Notes under the pieces: generated by a model | What the model was told of the DNA's origin: nothing | The model's database searches: none | Seen by the model: the letters and a program-made list of their open reading frames with translations, nothing else | Made by a program: the position numbers and the translations under genes | Shown here: positions 57,566 to 64,000 of the stretch, one piece after another | How the letters are laid out: every line of letters begins with the position of its first letter | Numbering within the stretch: position 1 is the first letter of the stretch | Source: an uncultured Patescibacteria group bacterium | GTDB lineage: Bacteria > Patescibacteriota > Microgenomatia > UBA10105 > UBA927 | NCBI GenBank assembly: GCA_937921305.1 | Contig: CAKZSU010000006.1 | Span: 1,089-65,088 of the forward strand | Length of the DNA stretch: 64,000 bases | Direction of reading: 5' to 3'

Positions 57566-58299
57566 AACTTTCCCTCTTTTACCATCTGCGCGACTTCATT
57601 ATTCGCGCGAAGCAATTCATCATACGATGTTCCAGCGTCAACCCACCAGTCAATAATTTCACAATACAAGTTTCCTTTGTTTTTGTAAATGTTATTTAAG
57701 TCTGTAACTTCTAATTCTCCTCGCTGAGACGGTGTTAACTGTTGAATATATGCAAACACATGATGATCGTACATATAAATGCCTGTTTGCGCGATATCAG
57801 ATTTTGGATACTCAGGCTTCTCCTCAATAGAAATCACTTTTCCTGACTCATCAATCTCTATGACGCCATATTGCCGTGACTCAGTGTCTTTATGAACACC
57901 AAAAATAACCGCGCCTTCCTCTCGAGATTCAAATCGGTCTACCGATGGACGAAGATCGTACGAAAAAATATTGTCGCCGAGAAGCACAAGAATTTTCTCA
58001 TTATTGGCAAAATCTCTCGCTAAAGAAATCGCATCGGCGATTCCGCCTTTTGGATTCTTTTGAATAGCGTAATAGAGCGTCAATCCAAAATCTTCTCCCC
58101 CTTTCAAAAGCCCGGCAAACTGACCAACAGCCTCAGGAGACGATGTAATCAAAACTTCTTTAATGCCAGATTTCACCATCGCTTCGAGCGAATAGTAAAT
58201 CATCGGTTTATTGTAAATGGGAAGCAAGTGTTTATTCGTGACAAGCGTCAATGGTCGAAGCCTTGTCGCTAATCCTCCTGCTAAAATAACACCTTTCAT
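57562..58299 (-). CDS. rmlA: Glucose-1-phosphate thymidylyltransferase (short form)
   Basis: ILAGGLATRLRPLT..NKHLLPIY.KPMI, LGDN, EEKP, PSQRGELEVTD, WVDAGT. Confidence 0.92.
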   Translation of the reverse strand: MKGVILAGGLATRLRPLTLVTNKHLLPIYNKPMIYYSLEAMVKSGIKEVLITSSPEAVGQFAGLLKGGEDFGLTLYYAIQKNPKGGIADAISLARDFANNEKILVLLGDNIFSYDLRPSVDRFESREEGAVIFGVHKDTESRQYGVIEIDESGKVISIEEKPEYPKSDIAQTGIYMYDHHVFAYIQQLTPSQRGELEVTDLNNIYKNKGNLYCEIIDWWVDAGTSYDELLRANNEVAQMVKEGKL

Positions 58300-58307
58300 A
58301 TATGCGA

Positions 58308-58580
58308 TTAAATAAAGAGGACAGTATATAATATCGCCAATCCAATCCCGGCAATCAACACGTATTCTATCATAACCTTGACATATAAATCACCTTCAAT
58401 ATAGTGATAGACAATCCCCCACAAAATATACGACATCGCGGCGATAAATCCTACAAGGAACTGGAGATCTGGTTTCCCCTGAAAAAGAGAAATTGCAAGA
58501 ATCGTAAATCCAAAAATAATACAAAGAACAAGTGGATGAAGATATGTATGATGAATAATGTTTTTATTATGATGCTTCAT
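58308..58580 (-). CDS. Small membrane protein (about 90 aa, 3 TM)
   Basis: Start refined to MKHHNKN (ATGA overlap with the CAP gene stop); YILWGIVYHYIEGDL..KVMIEY. Confidence 0.65.
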   Translation of the reverse strand: MKHHNKNIIHHTYLHPLVLCIIFGFTILAISLFQGKPDLQFLVGFIAAMSYILWGIVYHYIEGDLYVKVMIEYVLIAGIGLAILYTVLFI

Positions 58581-59503
58581 AAGACGCTTCCATGAATAAT
58601 CATATTGCTTGCGATCAAGATTGCCAAGAAAAATAATCCATGGGCGAAGGTCGATCCAACAGCTCGAACTTTCTTCTTCTTTGCCATAATCCATATATCC
58701 AACAACAACACGCCAAGAAACATGCCTCCGAACATCATCGTGATATCTCGACGCACTTTTACAACATCAACCTGTGGCATAGAGATAACGGATGGAAACG
58801 GAATCTCATTGATAGACGCCGCAACTTGCGGAACTTCAACAGAATTTGTCGGCGATCCAGCATCAGCAATCATCGATTCAGATGCAGTAGATTCTTCTGT
58901 CGGCTCATCTACCGCTTGACTTACCGGACGAGCGGACGGACGAGCGCCAAACATTTGCACCACAAGTGTTGTTTCTTCTCCTTGAAGTTTTCCATTCACA
59001 ACAGCGAATCCAACATCTTTGTATCCCTTTTTAAGGATATTATCCCGATGACTCGAAGACGCCATCCATGCGTTGACAACGCCGGTGCTATCCTGAAAAT
59101 TCTTCGCCAAATTTTCACCTGCGACGGTATATTTATACCCAGAAGCAACAATAAAATCCCACGGCGTCTTTCCATCAGGAGACACATGTGCCCAGTAATT
59201 TTTTGCAAACATATCTTCTGCTTTTTTCGCAGCCGCTTGAGACAATTGCTGATCAAGACGAAGGGGAGACAATCCAGCCTCTATCCGTTTTTCATTAGTT
59301 TTTCTTAATAATTCCTGGACTTGAATATTTGTCGCGTATCCCAACACATCAGGAAACCATTGTGTCATCATCCGAAGACCAATATTTATGACAAGAAATG
59401 CCAATAAATACAGCATCAAGACATCGATGTGCAACGCCTTTGCCCTATGATTATTGCCGTGATGAGGGATAAACAAATGCTTTACCAACGAAAGAAGACT
59501 CAT
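58577..59503 (-). CDS. CAP/SCP-domain protein with N- and C-terminal membrane segments
   Basis: LFIPH..NNH, TNEKR..GL, KAEDM...YWAH, AGENLA, WMASSSHRDNIL; Ser/Thr/Pro/Glu-rich linker; two C-terminal TM segments. Confidence 0.9.
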   Translation of the reverse strand: MSLLSLVKHLFIPHHGNNHRAKALHIDVLMLYLLAFLVINIGLRMMTQWFPDVLGYATNIQVQELLRKTNEKRIEAGLSPLRLDQQLSQAAAKKAEDMFAKNYWAHVSPDGKTPWDFIVASGYKYTVAGENLAKNFQDSTGVVNAWMASSSHRDNILKKGYKDVGFAVVNGKLQGEETTLVVQMFGARPSARPVSQAVDEPTEESTASESMIADAGSPTNSVEVPQVAASINEIPFPSVISMPQVDVVKVRRDITMMFGGMFLGVLLLDIWIMAKKKKVRAVGSTFAHGLFFLAILIASNMIIHGSVL

Positions 59504-59553
59504 ACTCTTCCATCATAAAATAGGATCAATGAGTAATTCTAGAGGGAAGAAGA

Positions 59554-60123
59554 TTATTGTTGAGGAATAGCGTACACAACACGACGTTTTTGATCAAATG
59601 CGCCTTCGCAGGTATACAATGTTAATCGATTATCCTCAGAAAAGATAGCCTCCACATCATGTTTTGATACCGTTTTTGATTCAATTACTGTATACAAATG
59701 ACTTCTCTCTCCTTGATGCAATTCAATTGCATCGCCGGGGACAAGTTTATGGAGATCGCCCCACAAATTTTTCCAGTTATGCGCATACAAAATCACATTC
59801 CCTTCGCCGGGAACCGCGGATGTAGAAAGCCACGCAACGCTAGTATCAAACAGTTGCCACGCGTTATCTTTAACAATTGCTGCTTGAATAACATGCTGTT
59901 TATTAATTTTTGGAATATAGATGCTTGTTGGCGGTTGTTTTGTTGTGCTTTTCCTCTCGTGCTGATCCACAAGATCGACTACGAATGAAGCGTTCATAGG
60001 CACATAAAACTGTTGATCGCGAATTGTCGTTGCAACCCGATAAGAAGTATAAAAAAGAACTGCTGGAACCAGAAAGACAAAAAGACGAATAATCTTATCG
60101 CGAAAATTTATGATATATGCCAT
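59554..60123 (-). CDS. Sortase family protein
   Basis: N-terminal TM; IYIPKI, PGEGNVILYAHN (His), LTLYTC (Cys), KRRVV (Arg). Confidence 0.88.
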   Translation of the reverse strand: MAYIINFRDKIIRLFVFLVPAVLFYTSYRVATTIRDQQFYVPMNASFVVDLVDQHERKSTTKQPPTSIYIPKINKQHVIQAAIVKDNAWQLFDTSVAWLSTSAVPGEGNVILYAHNWKNLWGDLHKLVPGDAIELHQGERSHLYTVIESKTVSKHDVEAIFSEDNRLTLYTCEGAFDQKRRVVYAIPQQ

Positions 60124-61219
60124 AGAAGATCGTTCCCATTAATAAAGACATCGCTATGGCACTGTATTGGTCTAATCGACCCGTCGCGCCCAAAACATCT
60201 GTAGAAACACCCAACACCTGTCCTCCGCCAATCGAAGTAGACACTCCTAACACTTGACCGCCATTTCCAACAGATCGCTCGTCAGAAGGATCTCCCGGCA
60301 TGCAATCATTGATTCCGCGAACTTGAAAATAATATGTCGCGTTGGGATCCAAACCTCCTATGACAAACGATGTGATATTTCCCGTAGAAGGAACGCCAAA
60401 TTGATAACTCCCAGAAGATAATCCATAGGATATCGCATATGTTGTTACCGGAGCAACTTCTGTCCACGATAAACTAACCGTCGTTGGACTCGTTCGAGTA
60501 ATCGACGTAATCGATGGCTTTGCTGGTTTTCCCGCAGGACACTGTTGCGCTGTTGGATTCGTATTCGATCCGCCACCATTTGATCCTGAAGAAGATTGTG
60601 ATTGAGATGTCGGCATCGGTGTTGGCAACGAAGATGGAGACATCAGCGGTGTTGGCGTTATTGTTGGCGTCGGTCCGCCAGTATTACCCTCATTACATGG
60701 TTCGGCGTTAACCGCTCTCACGCCATCAACATCATATCCATCGGCAATGTCATCGGTAAAAATCGTCGGATCGCTGATATCTGTTATTCTGACATAGTTT
60801 ACACATGAGAATCCGCTTGGCATATCGACTTGTCCATCTTGGACAACTGTTCCAGCGAGAACCCAATTGACACCATCTTGAGATACTTCTATTCTTGCAC
60901 GCTCCTCTGGATAATTTGGCCAAGTAGATTCAACAACAATCACCCCATCACGAACGCCATTATCAAAACGAAGTACGATATTCCCGCCAAACCCAAGGGA
61001 AAAGAAATATCCATCGACATTACTATTTTCCGCCGGACCAAGCGCGGAAGAAGGATTGCTTCGTATTGCCGGCACTGGATTGCCATTCTTCATTAATCCT
61101 TGTGAATAGGAGATAACCTCGTCAGCCCATGGACCCAAGCCATCGGGTGTCGCAGCGAAAACAATAAAAAAAGACAACGAAACAAAAAAGAATAGTGAAA
61201 GAAAAAAGAGTTTTTTCAT
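60095..61219 (-). CDS. Secreted cell-surface protein: beta-sandwich domain, Pro/Thr/Ser linker, fibronectin type III domain, LPxTG-like sorting tail
   Basis: Start refined to MKKLFF (signal peptide); FSLGFGG/EVSQDG/YVRITD/GYDVD domain; PTPTITPTP linker; LSW..Y.ISYG..GLDPNATYYFQVRGIN (FN3); VLGATG, hydrophobic stretch, HKFSR. Confidence 0.85.
   Translation of the reverse strand: MKKLFFLSLFFFVSLSFFIVFAATPDGLGPWADEVISYSQGLMKNGNPVPAIRSNPSSALGPAENSNVDGYFFSLGFGGNIVLRFDNGVRDGVIVVESTWPNYPEERARIEVSQDGVNWVLAGTVVQDGQVDMPSGFSCVNYVRITDISDPTIFTDDIADGYDVDGVRAVNAEPCNEGNTGGPTPTITPTPLMSPSSLPTPMPTSQSQSSSGSNGGGSNTNPTAQQCPAGKPAKPSITSITRTSPTTVSLSWTEVAPVTTYAISYGLSSGSYQFGVPSTGNITSFVIGGLDPNATYYFQVRGINDCMPGDPSDERSVGNGGQVLGVSTSIGGGQVLGVSTDVLGATGRLDQYSAIAMSLLMGTIFYGIYHKFSR
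60194..60263 (-). repeat. Intragenic tandem peptide repeat GGQVLGVST x2
   Basis: GGQVLGVSTSIG-GGQVLGVSTDV, immediately before LGATG; codons differ synonymously between copies. Confidence 0.75.
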
Positions 61220-61241
61220 CCTATATTTTTTTAATAGGGGT

Positions 61242-61270
61242 ATTATATAGAGAAGAATTATTTTTGTCAA
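61242..61270 (-). promoter_or_regulatory. Perfect sigma70 consensus promoter TTGACA-N17-TATAAT
   Basis: -35 TTGACA at 61270-61265, 17-bp spacer, -10 TATAAT at 61247-61242, 22 nt before the ATG at 61219. Confidence 0.8.
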
Positions 61271-61461
61271 ATTCAGTACTCGTTTTTTTCTTAAATACCT
61301 ATTTTTTAAAATATTTATTATTTATTGCAGATACAGCATAAAATTTAACATTATAAATAATAATATATTATTGATGATTACAAAAAAATAGTAATATTCT
61401 TCATATATACTTCTCTATATCGATCGTTAATTAAACACTTTCTGTATCAAATTAAGAAAAA

Positions 61462-62775
61462 CTATGTATGTTCTATAGGTGCATAGAAAAGAAAAAAGAA
61501 GAAAGGGAAACGCGTTTTTAAAAATTTCATGACCTTAAATATAAATGTTTCATGCAAGTAAGGAAGGGTAATCATATTCTTCCCTTCAGACAACTGAATA
61601 TCAGTCGTATGAACATATGGACTCGAAACTGTCGCTACTTCTCCGTTATACATCAAGGGCAATCGAAACAACCCAGTTGCATCTGTGACGATATTTCTAT
61701 ATCGCGTCTCAATAAATATCTCACTAAGAGGTTTGCCAAGTTCATCTCGAACGATTCCAAACGCTTGTTTCGGTCGATAAAATTCCTCAAGAACCGATAT
61801 TCCTTTTTTTCTTTTCCCATCGATTGTTATAAGCTCTGTTGAACCCCCAGTGCTTACCCAATAATTTACCCCAATAACATCTAGATGTTCGACAAATACT
61901 TCAAGAAATTCTCGGAGAAGACTTGCTTGAGCTTCTTCTGAAAGTTTTCCATGAATATCAGGAATTGGCAACCCAAATTCTCCTATCATGATTTTCCCCT
62001 TGCTTCGGTCTGCGTACCGTTTTAAATCTTGTCTCATTTTTTCTGGCGTTTTTACATAATGATCAATCGTGACAACCCCATCAAGAGCGCTCGTCATCTC
62101 CTCGTCCATGATCAGAAACGCGACATCGCCATTCATAGAGTATAGATTTGCTTGGACGCGTTTATTTATTCGGTCAAACGATTCTTTCGCGATCGCATAT
62201 TCCTCCAGTAAGAATCGTTTAAATCCCTCGACATCTCCCGTCATTCGCGGATCGCCTGGACCGCCATTTTCACATTCTGGACAAGAAGTAAAAAGATCGC
62301 CATCTTCAAATAATAGAGAATTATTCAAAATAAATTCTTTCAATTGTTTCTTATGTTCTTCTCGTGTCATTTTTTTGTATCCAAACCATTCTTCCCATCC
62401 AGAGAAATTACCTCGAAACCAAATATTTAATTTTTCCGCTCTTGCATAGTGAACCCATCGTTTCATAAATGGAATAAATTCATTATCATAGGGTGTCGCA
62501 ATAGCGATATGCGTCGCGCCAATATCTTTCGCCAATAAAACTTGACGCTTGATAATTTCATCAAACGACTTGTCATTTCGCTTCTCTTGCGCGACATCTC
62601 GAGAAAATTTCATCGTATCAATAGAGCGAATCTTCCACCACCCAGTCAATGACTCACCATCTAATCCTTTTGCATGAATACCATCAGGAAAAAAAGCGAA
62701 CCCCATGAGGCATATCACAATGATGAAGCGGCGAAAGAAACAAAAAAGAAAAAAGACAATTCGTTGTCTATTCAT
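61462..62775 (-). CDS. Exported putative glycoside hydrolase (clan GH-A-like TIM barrel) with a C-terminal carboxypeptidase-regulatory-like beta domain
   Basis: Signal or anchor segment; SIDTMKFSRD, ATPYD, WFRGN, CPECENG (candidate acid/base), IDHY, IGEFG (candidate nucleophile); GIVRDELGKPL..TDATGLF. Confidence 0.55.
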   Translation of the reverse strand: MNRQRIVFFLFCFFRRFIIVICLMGFAFFPDGIHAKGLDGESLTGWWKIRSIDTMKFSRDVAQEKRNDKSFDEIIKRQVLLAKDIGATHIAIATPYDNEFIPFMKRWVHYARAEKLNIWFRGNFSGWEEWFGYKKMTREEHKKQLKEFILNNSLLFEDGDLFTSCPECENGGPGDPRMTGDVEGFKRFLLEEYAIAKESFDRINKRVQANLYSMNGDVAFLIMDEEMTSALDGVVTIDHYVKTPEKMRQDLKRYADRSKGKIMIGEFGLPIPDIHGKLSEEAQASLLREFLEVFVEHLDVIGVNYWVSTGGSTELITIDGKRKKGISVLEEFYRPKQAFGIVRDELGKPLSEIFIETRYRNIVTDATGLFRLPLMYNGEVATVSSPYVHTTDIQLSEGKNMITLPYLHETFIFKVMKFLKTRFPFFFFLFYAPIEHT

Positions 62776-63967
62776 TGCTTTGATTATATCGTTCGCGAAT
62801 AATTTTTCCTATCAACGCGCTTCCTGGAAATTTATATGCTGTTTTCCAATCAGACTTTCCCCAATGACCCATAAAATTATCCTCATTCGCCATCTGCCAT
62901 ACGCCGTGCGCACCATACGCGTGCCCGCACGCGCCATAACGAAGAGAAATGTCAATCGCTTCCTTCTGATGCTTTTCGCCAAAATTACTTCGTATCCCTT
63001 CATACCATGGTTCAAGATTAATGATTGGTACGCCTTCGCGCTGCGCTTCCCGCAACGCGGATATCATAAACAATCTTCCATCTTCGCTATGCCCTGACTG
63101 AATACTATCGATATCAAGCCATGAAGGATAATGAAATAATACAAACGCTCGCATCCTCTTATGCGGATGGACCATGAGTATTCTACCGTAAGGATCATGA
63201 TCCTTAATCCATTGCCCCACGCGACTCCATTGGGCTATACGTTTTCTAAGCAAAAAAGAAGAGAAGAGATCTTTCCATCGAGACATATGCCAAAATATAT
63301 CTACTTCTCCTGCCAAACAAAACATCACAGGATATGACGCATATCTTGCTATAATTTCTTTCCACAAACGAATTACCCTTCGTACCCCAATCACATCTAT
63401 ATGATGACCCCATCCGCCAAATATGCACGGCACCATTCCATACTCAATAATCATTTGAATCCTGTTGTCAACTTCATCAAAATAGGAAGGATTGATCGCA
63501 AACGTTTTTGTAAATGGATGACCGCCATCGTTTTCTGCCTCGTGAGAGAAAAAGGGAATTTCAGGAGGAACGCCAACGATGCATTGAACAGCTGTAAACC
63601 CTTTCTTCTTTCTATCTTTTAATAAAGTTTTAAGATCGATTCGAGACGCTCGATTCGTCATGCCATACCACCATGTATCAGCAAGATAGAAAAATGGCGT
63701 GTTATCATCGTGGATAAGATGTCTTCCTGATACTTTTATTGGTCCATGAAAAAACAACTTGTTCTTCCCTTTATATGGAACAACACGATATGTTTTTCCA
63801 TTTGATAATCGAATAATTCCTACCTCTGAAGAAGAAAATCGGACACACCATGCGCGATTACCCTTTTGAAATGGCATAGCGAAAATTATCTTCCCTGATG
63901 GAAGGATCACCGCAAGGGGATTTTTTGATGCTTCTTCAATCGTTTGATACCGAGTTATTGTTTCCAC
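62768..63967 (-). CDS. DUF4038 / apiosidase-like putative glycoside hydrolase
   Basis: PFFYLADTWW, DRKKKGFT, NPSYF..VD, ARY, LAGE, QSGH, NLEPWYEG, GHAYGAHGVW. Confidence 0.75.
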   Translation of the reverse strand: METITRYQTIEEASKNPLAVILPSGKIIFAMPFQKGNRAWCVRFSSSEVGIIRLSNGKTYRVVPYKGKNKLFFHGPIKVSGRHLIHDDNTPFFYLADTWWYGMTNRASRIDLKTLLKDRKKKGFTAVQCIVGVPPEIPFFSHEAENDGGHPFTKTFAINPSYFDEVDNRIQMIIEYGMVPCIFGGWGHHIDVIGVRRVIRLWKEIIARYASYPVMFCLAGEVDIFWHMSRWKDLFSSFLLRKRIAQWSRVGQWIKDHDPYGRILMVHPHKRMRAFVLFHYPSWLDIDSIQSGHSEDGRLFMISALREAQREGVPIINLEPWYEGIRSNFGEKHQKEAIDISLRYGACGHAYGAHGVWQMANEDNFMGHWGKSDWKTAYKFPGSALIGKIIRERYNQSNE

Positions 63968-64000
63968 AGTTTTGTCGCTATTGTATCTGGAAGTTCAACA
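63955..64000 (-). CDS. Possible 3' end of an upstream gene entering from the right edge
   Basis: Open frame ...VELPDTIATKLWKQ* whose stop overlaps the start region of the DUF4038 gene, like other coupled genes here. Confidence 0.3.
   Translation of the reverse strand, partial: VELPDTIATKLWKQ

Noticed and set aside
58640-59308. 222-aa plus-strand ORF
   Set aside because: Lies antisense to the well-supported CAP-domain gene and has no recognisable motifs; shadow ORF
3045-63622. Many 60-150 aa ORFs nested in or antisense to the long genes
   Set aside because: Fully overlapped by motif-supported CDSs; no independent evidence
1-64000. Alternative genetic code (TGA = Gly, code 25)
   Set aside because: Many intact genes end in TGA with ATGA overlaps, and the long ORFs are complete under code 11; the one suspicious stop is TAA
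1-64000. CRISPR arrays, tRNA/rRNA genes, IS elements, prophage or defence genes
   Set aside because: No repeat-spacer pattern, RNA gene signature, transposase or integrase seen; intergenic gaps are nearly all too short

Overview
The window is almost entirely one very large cell-surface glycosylation locus in an AT-rich, gene-dense bacterial genome. Gene content and style suggest Patescibacteria/CPR, probably Microgenomates (inference); TGA is used as a stop, so code 11. From ~1 to 58.3 kb it carries about 21 polytopic GT-C-type membrane glycosyltransferases: 8 ArnT/PMT-like 'DE' type, 6 'HD-G/PTPS-related' type, 3 YfhO-like, 2 MptA/B-like, 1 GT87-like and 1 divergent, apparently truncated copy. 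It also has 13 GT2 enzymes (5 look like polyprenol-phosphate-sugar synthases, one fused to GtrA), 3 GT4 enzymes, 2 Wzx-type flippases and nucleotide-sugar genes (rmlA, rmlB, rmlD-like, ugd, GMD/RMD-like, a divergent UDP-GlcNAc 2-epimerase; no rmlC in the window). Most genes are on the minus strand; a five-gene GT-C block (22065-30838) is on the plus strand, behind a 33-bp bidirectional promoter region. Directly upstream and co-oriented lie a perfect sigma70 promoter, a Thr/Ser/Pro-rich FN3 surface protein with a non-canonical (GQVLG)x2-LGATG sorting tail, a sortase, a CAP-domain protein and a small membrane protein; two putative glycoside hydrolases close the window. The best candidate for an undescribed system is a sortase-linked, lipid-donor-based extracytoplasmic glycosylation assembly line. 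No rRNA, tRNA, CRISPR or mobile element was recognised. All family assignments come from motif recognition by eye, not database searches.
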